The notes: generated by a model not told the origin, from the sequence alone. A stretch of 51,868 nt of DNA, filler included, from Sphacelaria rigidula (GCA_964200075.2; 4 parts of 4 records of this genome joined end to end with filler, not necessarily neighbours in it); one strand, 5' to 3'; counted from the whole stretch's first letter, positions 12,994 to 26,050 are shown. Numbers and translations: made by a program.

Positions 12994-15254
12994 GTGTGAT
13001 GACTATGGCATGCATGATCATGAGTACACCCCCTCCCCCCCCTCCCCTCCGGCTCATGCCTTCATATTTTGGTATTGTGGAAAATGGATTGGGATGCCCG
13101 CACCGCTTTGACTTATGTCGGTGTTTCCTTGCTACTCACATCCTGAAATCAGAAACTCACCAGAAAAAAAGCATATCCGTCCCGATTCAAATCGACAACT
13201 CTGCTCTCAGCGGTTAGACCAGCAGGACATGTACCAGTTACACCTCCAGGGCACGACGAAATGCATGGCAACAACGACATTATGAGCTAGCGCCCCTCTC
13301 TCAGAACTCGCAAGGCGCCCCCAGCATGCTCTGTAAAGCACGCGGCGCCCACATGCCACATGTAAATGGGCCGCGAAGGGCGATGCTTTGCTCATCACAT
13401 GCGCAGTACCATGAGCTATTTTGGGTGACTTAAGAGACAGCTGTTGCTCGCCTTAGACTGGGCTTGTTTCGTCCATCATGTAAAGGCTGCTCGTGCTCAT
13501 GCTGCGGGTCATGAGGGTATTTTCACGGCAATGCCCGCTTGCTGAAGGTGACCGTGGGTTTCGGAGACGAGGACAGTGATACTGTGTCACACATATACCC
13601 TGTATTACGCGCGCATGCTGTTTGTTGTGCTGTCTATCCAATCGACCGTACAAAGGAGAGTGGGCTGTCGCCGAAGGGTAAGAAGATCGCTTAATATTGT
13701 CGCTGCTGTGCGGAAAGCTATCACGGCGTGTGCGGCGACTCTTTCCTTGGCCGCCACCGTGCGGGCACCGGCGACGGGTGGCACTGGTGAAGAGAGCGCC
13801 GGCTTGCCGGCAAGCACACCGCCGCCACGTCCCAAAGGACAAGTGCTTCCAGATGGCGGCTGACATCGAACAAGAGGAAAAGTTGTGGTTCGAGGAGACC
13901 GGAACCCAGGCGGGCAGGGTGAGATTTTTGTTTGGTGCGCCTTCTTGGCGGCAGTGAAAGACGAGTCACGCGGGACAGAAGGAGGAAGCTGCATCGCGTA
14001 TGAGCAAGGTTCGCGTTGGCAAGCTGCTGGCATTTGCGTCACGTACGGCGATTAAATGAAATACCCTAGATTCTGTTGCGATACGATACGTGGGATATTC
14101 GAACCGAGAGCGTGCCCGTTTACGACGAAATGCACGCTGGGCTAAGGTCAAGGCGCTCATGAACTGACATCTGTTCACTCGTTGTCTACTGTCGTGCGCG
14201 TCCACCGCACGTCCTGATGATGGATGGATTCTCGCGTTTGCACCTTGGCTATTATTTTTACCGGGCTGAAACACTCCCTCGCCGATTCGCGCGCGGTGTC
14301 ATCCTCTGCTCTGCAAACCACGGCACGGCTGGGAGCAGCAGGATGGGATGCGGTTGGTGAATGATCGGAGGCAAAGCAATCGAGGGTGAGGACTTGCGTA
14401 CGTTATAGCAGCTCTCATTTTAAAGCCTCTCGAGAGCGTGAATTGCGATGGTGGGAAGGTTGGTTGTTTTTGACGTTTTTGAGAGTCGATCGGGCGACCA
14501 AGAAGCTGGCCTGTCGTGCCGGGCTCGAGAGTCCCCCAGTAGCTTAAATGCGACTTCCAGTGGGTGGATGAAACTGCTTGTAGGCGCGAATGAAAACGAT
14601 TTGTGAAACATGTCATAATATCGTATTCTCACCACCAGCGCGGCGCACTGTGTGTTGCTGTGTAGCGTGGACAGGCACGTGTAGCGGGCTCTGCTGCGCT
14701 AGTAGCGTCTGCACCGGAAGCATTCGTGCTGCGTTCCTTCCCAACGATTTTCGTCAGATATTCTCACCCACGTCGTCCGAATCACGGTACGCGACCACAG
14801 GTTCCGTGATCAGGCGACCGGCCACTGTCGTGCCAAGATGAATAATGTGGAAAGGCTTCAAGAGGTTAGAGGCTGTTTTCATGACGTGTGGGCGATGGTT
14901 TGATGGTGGGCGCCGCTGAATTCAGCTTCACACCGTAGTCGCTCTCGGCAAGACATGATGTAGACATCGGCCTGTACCTTTTGCTTTTCTCACGTCCGCG
15001 TCAGACAGGTGTGTTATGCGGAGAATTTTATACCTGCCGAGTTTCAACCTGATGTTCCTTCCTGCGGAAAATTCTGTGATACACCTCACTACTCTCCGCT
15101 GCAGCCTGACAGTGCGTTAGAAACAAAAGGGTTGGACGAGGTTTTGGGGTTGTTTCGGAAAACAAGGTGCCTGCCTCAGTTGTTCATCGTGTCCCAAACC
15201 CCTGATCCCGTCTCGAAATTTGTGCCTATTTGCCTCCGCACTCCACTATACCAG

Positions 15255-15845
15255 TACAAGCGTACGTTCACGGAGATGATGCAGGAGGCTGATCGGATGT
15301 ACTCAGGTATGTCTTCGACGTTTCCGGGGCGCGATCAGATGCTAGAGGCAGCAACACGGAGCCTTCGAGCTCGAATAACTGACGCATACCGACGAGTAGA
15401 GGAAGACTGTGGCCAGCGACTGGCCTTGGAAGCTACGCTCGCTTTGGATCACGCCGAAATGGAGGCGATTGTTGCCCAACTCGCGGAAAAATCGACCGAA
15501 GTGACTACGCTGGAACGTGCCCTCGAAGACTGTGTGAATGAACACCGGCGATACCGTCAGGAGGTGAAGACGCGCCTCGCGGAAGAGGAGGATGCCAGGT
15601 TGCGCTCGGGCAGCGCCTTGGCTGCCCACACTCAACTCGTCCTCGACCTGCGGTTCGAGCTCGAGGAGGCTCAAAGGAGACTCAAAGAAGAAAGAGACAA
15701 TTGGCGGGCACAGGCAACGGAGCAAATCGCGAAAGCAGAAAAGCGGACAGAGAGGGCAGAGGCAACGCATGCCTTATTTCACGATCGAGCGGAAAGTGAC
15801 ATGCGGGGCCTTCGGCTCGAACTTCAAGATGCCCAGTATGATATG
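15255..15845 (+). CDS. Coiled-coil exon (197 codons)
   Basis: Acceptor ccag|TAC and donor ATG|gtaagc; E/R/A/L-rich heptad-like sequence with no stops. Confidence 0.7.
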
Positions 15846-17108
15846 GTAAGCCGTGTTTGAGTTGGTTTGGAAACTATCACCACGAATTTCACGCGAGTAG
15901 AGTAGTTGTTCAAGAGCTGGCTGTTGCTGCGTTTTTTATGTGGTTACGCTTTGAGTGTTCGGGTGTGGCGTGTGTACCGGAAGTAATGCGAGCTCTATTC
16001 GAGTAAGACGCTATACACGGTAGATTTGCTGCGAAAGGTAATCGCTGACCAATTTTACACAATGGTATCCACCGCCTGGAAGTATGTAACAGGACGTACC
16101 GGGAGATACCATGGTGCTTTATATATGTTTTATCCACCTCAGTAGATCTGCATGTAGCTGCGGAGCATTCGACGGGCAGTCTCCGAGTGTCTCTGGAAGG
16201 TTTCCAGAAGGAGGTTCCAGAACTGTAGTTGCGGGATGTGTTAGCGGTGTTCTCCGAGTGTTCTCTGGAAGGTTTCTCCAGAAGGTGATCCCAGAACAGT
16301 AGGTTGAGAGTTCGATAGAAACAGTGTTGGCGCATGACCGGGAACCCCGTCTAAATGGTCTCTGACCTGGTACGCTACCCAATTTGGCAAATGCTCATCC
16401 CGAGTGTCGAGCAGCAGTATTGAGATTGACACTACCGACGTAGGCTAAGTGTGGTGACCGACAAGAGAGGGCTGAAAAGAAAGTCAAGAAGACTTTGATG
16501 AAGGGAGACCGTCACACGCTCTTGAGGTACGCCAACAACACATCGTCTTGGAAATGCCGCACCACTAGCTAGCTGCTGGAATCATACAATACCAAACAGG
16601 CTGCAGATGCCGATGCCACTACAACTACCGTAAATGTGATATGCAGTAGTTCTCCAAATACGTGGTCGGGTCAAGGTTTGGCAGGATGTATGTGAGGTTA
16701 CGCTGCATGGCTAGCATCGAGACGGATTCAGGGGGTAGGACATTCGAACAACGCAAATATCGCTTTGAAATCGGCAAACGTCTCTGTCGTGTTTGGAGTA
16801 GGTATAATATGCCGACGGCCTCGCGCGGCGATGAAGCTTCACTGGCCAATCGCAGCAGAACTAGAATCGGGTACACCCGCCTTGCTGCTTGCGGTCTAGC
16901 GCCGGTGTTTTTACAAGCACAATTCCGTGGTGGTTGTAGTCCTGAACGTCACCAACAGACCCTGCCGCATTCAGCTAGTGCTACAGGGGTTCGTATAACC
17001 TGATCCTTTTCACATCCCCATCGCTATCCCCTTGAGCTATGCTCCACGATCATACCCCCGGTAACAGCTTTCTCCACATACCCCTCGCGCTGTTGCTGCG
17101 TACGCCAG

Positions 17109-17357
17109 AGACAGCGGAGGGTCGAGGTCACCGGTCTCCGAGAGGATGTGACCGAGCTGTTGGAGGAAAACACCCACCTGGTTCGAGAGCTGGTTGAGTA
17201 TAAAACCACCGCTGAAAACGCTAGAGAGAAGGCAACCGTTATGGCCGAGACCGCATTTCACGAACAACAAGGGCGGAGGGAGGCGGAGAAGCGCGTGTCG
17301 GAGTTGGCGGAGACTGTGGTAGGGCTCCAACGCCTTCCCACTGATGAATACCCTCAG
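17109..17357 (+). CDS. Coiled-coil exon
   Basis: Acceptor gccag|AGA and donor CAG|gtcagt; phase 0-0; VTELLEENTHLVRELVEYK. Confidence 0.65.
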
Positions 17358-20300
17358 GTCAGTAGAAGTCTCCCGCAGAAACACTGAAACGGTGCGATGA
17401 TCAACCCACCCTCGCAACACGAGCGAACAGTCCCCAGAGTATTTATCGTCCTAGGCGAGAAATGAAGACGCGGGGCTACCATTTCAATTTCAGCACATGG
17501 CGGAGAGTATTTGCCCGGCGCATGATGGCCTCTTCCTTTTGGATTCCACCCCACTCTCCGCCCCAATCTTCCCCCTTCTCCATAAAGTAGTCCATACAGT
17601 ACAGGTGGGAGGGTGGGGTGTTCTGTGCCGTACTCGCCTCCGAAATCCCATCCTGTAACTCACCATGTTTGCCACATTCGTCTAAACGGCTCTCGCACCC
17701 GCCTATCCCCCCAACAAATCTGTCACTCCACAAACCCAGGTCCACCCCAAGTACGTTTCTGCTGATGAACCTGGTACTATTATTCTGAAAATGCTGCTCA
17801 TATAAAGATGTCCCGGCGTATGGAAGGGAATACACGCGGAGATAACCCGCAAGACCTACCTGCTACGAATGTTGGGTTATGACATATATTCACCACAACC
17901 TTTCTATATACCAGAAATTTCGTCAGAGCACAGCACAAAATCATCTCAGGGGCTGACAGGGCAACACTCCACACCACAACTCGGCATACCGTTCACGTGA
18001 AATTAGAGTACCTGGTCGCCTGGTAGACACAGTAGGAAAAACGTAGGAGTACAGCACAAAATTCAGAATTCTCTGGGTGGCTAACAGGGATACATGAGGA
18101 ATTTTGTCGAAGCTCAGTACAAAGGTTTCTTGGTGACTGACAGGACAGCATTCCGCCTGACCGATCGGCACGTCGTTCACTTGAAATTAGAATACCTGGC
18201 AGTCTACTTGAACACGCTATCCCTCATCCTAACTCCGACGAAAGCAGACCGAGCTCTCGGGCAGCGCCCGTGTTCTACGTAGTCAAAGGGTGCGTCGTCG
18301 CACCGGGGCCGATTTGAGTCAAAACGCATTGCGGTGCCGGGTGCCGCGCGCACAAAAGTTCCCCTGCATCCCAAAAGAACTGGGTGTCACGAAAACCGAG
18401 TAAGAGTCTGTATGACGATGCGGGTTTGGGCTTCTGGTGGCAACTATTGTACGTACCGCTTTTTTAGGGCCTACCTTTGAGGCCAGGGTGGGTATTCTGT
18501 CTCCTTAGTTGGCACCATATTTACTCGAATGAATGCCAGATCTAGATCACCCACCGTGGCGGTCAAAGGGTTACTACAACAACAATGCGAACACAGGAGC
18601 ACCATCTTCCACCGCAAGGTAGATTCGCGGTAATCCCGGCCACGTTTTCGAGATTTTGGAGTCCAATTCACAATAAAACTCATTCATCGTTGACCGCGAA
18701 CCTCCCACAAGTGACCTCTGGCGATCTGTGCCACACTTTGTGTTCAGAACAGCTGCTTTTCCTCAAACGACGAAACACCTTCGTTTAATACACATGTGGA
18801 TGCTGGGTAAATCCCCGTGTACGGGAAATAGTCCCGAATAACCCCTGACGGAGGTATTAGCACACAAGTCAAGTGCATGCAGAGTCGATTTACATCTCTG
18901 AGCAGATGAGTTTCCAGTTTTGTGGCGTCCATGTTTTTTTGGTTTGAATGTGGGGTACGCTGGCAGCCGCCGTTTCTGCGAAATATGCAGACAATATACA
19001 GTGCATCTTCTCCTCCGATACATGATTTCGCAGCAGTCCTGGATAATCCGGGTAGGGTTGGCACAGCTGCAGCATGTTTCGATCCTGCACGCATGTGACA
19101 TCGTTTCAGCTGCACATATTTCCTTTTTTATCTTTTCTCTGTACTGCTGCTGCTAGTCTACAGTACGTACAAGCGAGCTTTTTTCAATCAGTCGCGGAAT
19201 TCAACGGTAGGAAGGACCAGTCAGCGTGCGATCACTCTCGACTAAAAAAGACAGTCTATTTTCGCGTTGAACTTCCAAACACACGCGGTCGACTTCGTGA
19301 GCTTCACGGTTATTCTGAAGACACACACCCAACCCCTCATCAAAAACCATGCCCTCCCCACACCCCACCCCCTGGAAACCCCTGGATGATGACCCTAAAC
19401 TGACAGTCGGCGAAGCGTTTCCCAAAAGGCGCGCAGTTGTAAGTTTAAGAGCCCAAAACCTGACAGCAGACGCATAATATTATATTAAAACAAACAACAT
19501 CGGGGAAGTCGAATTTGAGCGGGGGGTGCATGGTGGCGCAGGAGACGAGGAAACAGTCGTCCCCGGGTGGTAATTTCTACCGTAAAATTAGGTGTGCTAT
19601 CCACCATTTCGTCCTATTTCGTGCAAGTTGCAATACGTTTGGATGATATGAAAGTGTTCTCGGGATACTTGGGATATAAAAATATTGAACAAAAATGGAT
19701 CCTTTCTCGGGGACTTGATGAACGCTTTCCCCCTTTCAAACATGATCAAACGGGTGGTATCTACTGTTTTGGCCTGTTACACACGAATGGCGATGCCCCT
19801 GATGATCACACGAACGTATCGATAGAGCGCATTCTACAGTCGAAGAATATTTGTTTCCTGGACCCGCGAGATTTCGGACTGGACTACCGCGGAAGTACCC
19901 CACCGTACTATCACCACGGACATTAATACGCGTGTTGAACGCTTAGTTCAGCGAATATGCAACAAGCAGAGGGAGCCTCAGTGACACGGGAAGCTGAGGT
20001 TCGATTTCTGCCATGGTACAGTATAGGGATCGGACGAGAAACGATCTAGTTGTATGTATTCGTCGAGTATCTTGGTGTTAAGTATCTTGGGGGCGAAAGC
20101 TGCCGAAACCCTGTAAATAGTACGTATGCGGCCATCTTTGATACTCAGCGTGTCATTTAGTGCTTGCTGTAGAGTACAAGCTGTTTGTGTAGGCAAACTT
20201 CGTTTGCCGTCAAGACGCGTGCCTTGTCGATCCCGCCTGGGAGCATTCTGACAGTGTCCAAGCTAAACAAGACATAAATACGCGCTGCTGCGATTTCGGA

Positions 20301-20420
20301 CAAGTTTCGTTCCCCAGAGCGCGTATGCCCCAGCGATTTGTTTCATTTTCCATACGAAGAATGGGGTATGAATACCGCCTCGTTACCTCGCCCCCTGCGC
20401 CTCTTCGTTCGCGTGTGCAG

Positions 20421-20603
20421 TGCCAGGGCGAACACAAGGAGACGCAAGCGAACCTTGTTGTCAAACTGAAAGCTGAAGCCGAGCGGACCGCCTCCCTGCA
20501 GAAGGAAATCGACGCCCTGAAGGGCTCGCTCGAGAGCGCGAAGTCGCGTGCCGTCGAGCTGGAGAAGCAGGTTTTGGTGGTACCTGTCGAGACGGACGAT
20601 GAG
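20421..20603 (+). CDS. Coiled-coil exon
   Basis: Acceptor tgcag|TGC and donor GAG|gtacga; phase 0-0; LQKEIDALKGSLESAKSRAVELEKQ. Confidence 0.65.
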
Positions 20604-21019
20604 GTACGAGCGAGTGCAGATGGACATGCGTGTGGTTTGTGTTGGTATCGTTCGGTCTGCTAGGGATTGATCTTGAGCGGAGTGTCTCCATTAGTGTTTT
20701 GATAGAATTGGTCATGTGCACTCACGCAACGTTTTAGTACAGCGCAAGAGTGACGATTGCGACTGTTTAGTATGATGATCATTATCGCACGCGGCTGTCA
20801 TCGAGACGCCCCTCTGTCGTGCAGGGACATTATAATGCGTTTCTGCGCGTGCGAGTACAACGGACATTTCGCAAAACGTTGTGTCTCCTGTCGTAACTCT
20901 TGAATCACACCAGAAGGAGGTGAGTGGAATTTTGCCATGCGATTCCCGCATGCACACTCCATCTACGAATCGGTATTTGGCGCACTTTGCGTACAGGTTG
21001 GTACTTGGCAACAAGTCCA

Positions 21020-21145
21020 AGATACGCGCTGTTGTACATCCATCACCAAACTCAGAATGTCAAATCAGTCTGTGCGCGCTCATCACTTGAGCCGTAAGGC
21101 CGATATACGATTCGGCGTTGTCCGCGACTCCTAGGTAGATTTGAG
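21020..21145 (-). pseudogene. GIY-YIG endonuclease domain remnant, antisense within an intron
   Basis: QIYLGVADNAESYIGLTAQVMSAHRLI*HSEFGDGCTT fits the GIY..YIGxT..RLxxH..GxG pattern; premature TGA at 21060-21062. Confidence 0.55.
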
Positions 21146-22296
21146 TCAAGAGCTGCCGATTCTTTTGGTAAAATGACTGCTTGTTTTTTCCTGTAGGCGC
21201 CTTATTTCTGGGCGATCGCCTCCTCTCCAGGGTCTCCCGGCGCTGTTCCCGTGCCACTCTCCAGACATAACTTCCTATACGTCTTACTCATACATGAGCA
21301 CACGGTGCACCATAACCTGACAGAATATCTGCAGTATTATTGTGAGTGAAAAAGCTGGTGTCCAGTCTTCCTGTAGCTGGCGCAGGTTCCTTGGAGTGGT
21401 TGTTAGGGTCGAGCACATCGTAGCTCGTTCGGCAGTTTCAAAGAAAGACGCCTCTAAATCATACAAATACTGTTTGAGTTATACTCCAAACATAGTTCAC
21501 AAGAGCCGTTCTTGTACTACAGTCTCCGCATTTCGACACGCAGTTTTCGTGATTTCGGAAATGACGATTTCCGGTACAAATCGAAGCGGAACGGTCACAC
21601 TCGGGCTTATGTCGTGGGCTATGTCGGAGCACGCTGTCCGTGTTGTTTATGTTGCCAAAGTCATAGTACATTCCTAGAATGTCACCGACTCTCCTCATAG
21701 CTATTGGGAGAAAAGCCGATCTGAAGGGTTGTTGTGCTTATTGTTGATCAGCACCGGCATGAGGAGCGTTGCACGTATGCGTTGTGTATGCATGCATCTG
21801 CCGGCGTTTGCTCAGCCGGTAAGGATCACAATTCCTTCAATATCGCAGATTTCAATATCGCAGGTAATGTATGTGCGCACGCTTTGTACATTGGAAGGTA
21901 TCAGACGACCGTGGCCAACCTTTTGTTTGATTGATTGTGTTGCAACGCCAGCCTCTCATGCGATGTCATAGTAAGCAGTGTCTCGTGTTGGCACATCTGC
22001 TGGAACATCGACCCCCGAGCATATGCCGTCTGATCCGGCGAGCAGCACTGAAGGTCGTTGATGCCTCCAACTCCAGCTGCCAGGTAGTGTTCGCACCGAG
22101 CATGGTAAATTTTTGCACCGATCGCAGACACCCGCGTTCAAAATGCGGTCGAGTAGCGTCATGTTTTAGTGTATAACGGTTGTTGCCCGGGAAGGCGGGA
22201 AGGCGAGAAAATGGCTGCGTCTAGCATGTGAATGTTGGCGTTTGAGCCGACCTCATGCCGCCTGTTTCATTCCTGTGCGTGCAGCCTCTGCTGCAG

Positions 22297-22587
22297 GGAA
22301 GAGAAGGGGTCCTGGAAATGCTGCGGGGGGACCATGGGGTCTCGTTAGAGCTCACGTACGCGAGGGGGCAACGCGTCGTCAACGTTCAAGGGTCTGTTCT
22401 GCCCGTTCGAGAAAAGGTGTCGACGATACTACAAACAGCCCTCATGAGCAGCAGAAGGACCATCGGTGGTGAGAAGGTGAAATCGGCGTTCCTGTACAGT
22501 GCAGTAGAGTTAACCGGCGTTGGGCTACAAATGTCCATGGTTGATATCACTTTATTTGAGTGTGCGCAACGAGAATCGGATCTTTAG
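22297..22587 (+). CDS. Terminal exon, possible KH-like fold
   Basis: Acceptor tgcag|GGA to a TAG stop. GREGVLEMLRGDHGVSLELTYARGQRVVNVQGSVLPVREKVSTIL loosely follows the KH helix-strand-strand-helix pattern. Confidence 0.5.
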   Translation, partial: GREGVLEMLRGDHGVSLELTYARGQRVVNVQGSVLPVREKVSTILQTALMSSRRTIGGEKVKSAFLYSAVELTGVGLQMSMVDITLFECAQRESDL

Positions 22588-22738
22588 TAGGGCTGACAGT
22601 CGCGTATGCTCCTTGCGTGCGCAGAAGCGCGTTTTCGTTGAAATCGGCGACACAGGCGCCGATTTGGGGTCTACCAACAACGCACTTTGCCTAGGGAATG
22701 CTATGTGCTGTCCTTGCCAGAGGGTTCTCGGTATGCGT

Positions 22739-22764
22739 TGGGTTGGGTTTAGGGTTAGGGTTAG
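22739..22764 (+). repeat. Short interstitial telomere-like tract (TTAGGG-type)
   Basis: gggttgggtttagggttagggttag; a similar short tract lies on the opposite strand at ~38261-38276. Confidence 0.5.
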
Positions 22765-24042
22765 CGATACTTGTAAAATTGTGTCAACCACGGGTATTTG
22801 TTGCCCGACGCCGGTTAACTAGCCTCGTACTGTGGTGCGTCACGATTTGTACGTGGGAGTGGGCGGTTCGATGACTGACGGAGCGTCTCTCTGCCTTGTT
22901 GGATTGCTGGTCTCATTTTATTTGGCTGTATCCTCGTCCCCCCTCCCCCCTTCCTTGGGTTTGAATGCTTTTTCGTGCATTATGCACACGCAGATCAGAC
23001 ACTCAGACGTCGGTATCAGGCGAAATTCTTGCATCGTTGAGAGTGGTAGATTGGGAGGAAGAGGAGGAGGGGGAGCGGGAAGAGTTCAGTACCCCCCCCT
23101 CCCCGGGCAAGGCATGCGTTTATAGGTTTTTTTTGTGAACTTTTGGCGAAGAATTTGTATCCACCTGATTTATTTCCTCCCGATGTTTCTCGTAGGACGC
23201 TTCAAAGCATCCCCTAAAGACCTTGTTCACGTGTTGAGCAGCGGAATTTTTTCGTTATTTGAACGGAATAAACTGATCATGAAAAAATAACTAGATCCAT
23301 TCAAACCTTTTTATTATAACATATATTTTCCACACATTACCCCGATCTCTCAAACCCGTGGTCACAGACGCAGGCTCGCCTTTCCAGTACCGCCACTGCT
23401 ATTCCTTGCATGAGATCGAGCGATCGTTGTTTCCTCTGAAACTTTTAATAAAAGCAACATAAAACAAAACGAAACAGTGAGAGGGGAGGCGTCAAGAAAA
23501 CGGAAAAGAAAAAGCCCCCCCCCGACTTGGTCGGGGTGTGGTGAAAGGAACAAATTAAATCTGCCAATATAGCAAGACAGGGAAAAAGAAAATGACAAGA
23601 ACTGAGAAAGTAGAATGGATACCAAGCGAGAGTCAAACGTCATCCCCAGGTACCGATGGAGAAAAACACCGAAATTCTTAGGAAGACGATAGACCCACTA
23701 GCGAGTGTACTACTCGACGGTTTACAATACTCAATGCTCGTTACGTTTCGGCAACCTTCGATACAGATGGAGAGAAATCTATATTGGGGGTAACACAGCA
23801 AACACCTTAGCATGGCACGCTTTAGGCCAGGCTACCATTTACATCTTTGCCCCTTCCTCTACGACCGGACACCATTCGAAAACATCTTGGGTAACCAGCG
23901 TCCACGATGTCGAGTCTATTCTGATAACGACGTCCAAAGAGCCGAAGTCCAGCACCCCAAAACACCGGCAAGTCCGTCAGTCGTTCAAACTTGATCGACG
24001 ACACAAAATGCCTCCCGGGAAACGCGTACTGTGTTGTCGTGT

Positions 24043-24260
24043 GTTGTCGTCCTATCTATTCTGGACGCCGGTCTACACCTTTCGGTACATGTGGGCGCAC
24101 CAGCCGGGGTCACACAGGAGGAAGGTCAACACAGGAGTTTTTTCTTGTTCTGTTTGTTTTACTCCTCCACCTTCCTTCTGCGGTGTTTGCCTCTATTTTT
24201 TATCGCGAGAGAGGTTCAGCAGTCCCTTTTCCTCGTCGACCATCAAATCGTATTATGCTG
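24043..24260 (-). mobile_element. Probable 3' tail of an abundant LINE/SINE repeat (antisense)
   Basis: tgttgtcgtcctatctattctggacg...ccagccggggtcacacaggaggaaggtc resembles, from memory, a very common brown-algal retroposon end; unverified. Confidence 0.45.
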
Positions 24261-25408
24261 TTATATCGGTCATTCCTGGAAGTCATGGAACCAAAATCTG
24301 CTGACGCTGATCAAAGGCCATGCGGGGTGCTGTACAAACTCGAGACTCAAGAATCGCTTCTAACACAACATAGCGACAAAAGACGCCGGAAACGCACCCG
24401 GCAATATCATGTTTTTCGCCTGGAGTGCTAATTCGGTTTTATAGAAGTGGTGAAATCGAAATTGAACATATTATTTCACAAATCAAGTCAAAATAGTTTC
24501 TATCCAAAGTGACATCGTAAACGTCGAAATGCAGAAAGTGCACAGGGACAGGAACCCCTTTGACCGGCGAGCGCATATCTACTTCAAGTTTGGGCAAGAA
24601 TAGGAAGAAAAAAGNNNNNNNNNNCGGAAAAGCTTCACCATACAACTTCAATACAAATCTGTGAGCTGGGGGAAATGTTGGTCGACGCTGGTACCCTGGA
24701 ATACAACGTCCGAAAACGTGCGAGACGAAAAAACAAAACACGGCCACCCTGCCGCGGAATAAGTGGCCGATACGCACAAAACTCGGTCTGAGTTCCGCTG
24801 GGGTTTTTTGTCGAAAATGTTTCGTTTCCATCGAATCCGCGACGCCCTCGCAGAACTCTCGAAACGTGGACTCTTTTTTTATTATTATTTTAGTTTGACA
24901 CCCCCTCTTGCTCTACGGGGCGCGCCCGTCATATCACCTCGCTCGAACGATCCTTCGTTTGGAGATCTTCCCGTGGCTGGCTGAAACACGCCCAAGGCTG
25001 CAGGGTTGGCCCAAACTATCAGCAAAAATAATAATAATAAAAAACGGGAAAATACCAGCTGTTGCGGACGGAGCTGCTGCGAGTCAGCAGCAACGGCAAA
25101 CGTTTTCCGTCCGACTTTTTCCTTCTGGACTTTTTCGTCTGAGAGGGTGAAAACCCGGGCATGGTATGACCATCATCCCTTGCCCAACTCGAGTGTTTTT
25201 CATTTTAGTTTAGTATAGTTTAGTATAGTTTAGTTTAGTTTATTTTCCCTCACCGCCATATCCACAAAAGTTTTGTTCTCTGAGGGAGCTTTCTGCGCCA
25301 TTAACCCCACTGACGATTTTTGTTTTTGTGAATCGGCATCATTTTCAGTCATTTTCAACTCAAAGGGTTAACGAGCGGATGTTCATACCGACCACTTAAT
25401 CCCCGGTA

Positions 25409-25462
<54 letters not shown>
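25409..25462. repeat. (TAG)n microsatellite
   Basis: Seen directly in the sequence. Confidence 0.95.
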
Positions 25463-25463
<1 letters not shown>

Positions 25464-25886
25464 TGGAGTGGTTGTAGTAGTGCTGGAACGTGTAGGGCAG
25501 CAGTAAACCATCTGTTGAACTCTTCGTTCTTCAAGGGGCATTTGGGTTTTTGATGGCGACACTATAGACCAAGTATAGAGCAATATTACGGTAGGGGTTG
25601 CACTTTTTGTTTCTGGGTCCCTTGTTTGTAGGAGCCCAAATATATAGGACTTTTTTTGCAACACAAATCTCCGGGGAACGGACTCCCACCCAGAAACATG
25701 GTGTTTGCACGCAGGGGCCTTTTCGTGAATCGGCATCATTGTCAATCTTTTTCGAGTAAAATTTTATTGATTGATTTTTTTACTGTCGCACTTTAACTGA
25801 CCCCCCAGAGTTCCAGCTCTGGTCTCATGATAGACGTACCCCAAGAAAAAAAAAATCAAACACGCTCTAGGGAAAGAGAAAAAAGG

Positions 25887-25986
25887 NNNNNNNNNNNNNN
25901 NNNNNNNNNNNNNNNNNNNNNNNNNNNNNNTTAATTAATTAANNNNNNNNNNNNNNNNNNNNNNNNNNNNNNNNNNNNNNNNNNNN
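25887..25986. other. Artificial contig linker
   Basis: Same N44-TTAATTAATTAA-N44 spacer. Confidence 0.98.
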
Positions 25987-26012
25987 GGGGGGGGGGGTGG
26001 GCGGGGGGGGGT

Positions 26013-26050
<38 letters not shown>

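Larger units (their letters stand above)
13682..22587 (+). pseudogene. Decayed multi-exon gene: PHD finger remnant, long coiled coil, KH-like C-terminus
   Basis: Candidate GT-AG exons 14758-14864, 15255-15845, 16444-16526 (probable 1-bp frameshift), 17109-17357, 20421-20603 and 22297-22587. Frameshifted PHD-like motif at 13682-13800; its linkage to the downstream exons is inferred. Confidence 0.55.

Noticed and set aside
23341..23435. Exon-like minus-strand segment as a continuation of the DENN gene
   Set aside because: It lies on a different contig and its phase does not match the last DENN exon.
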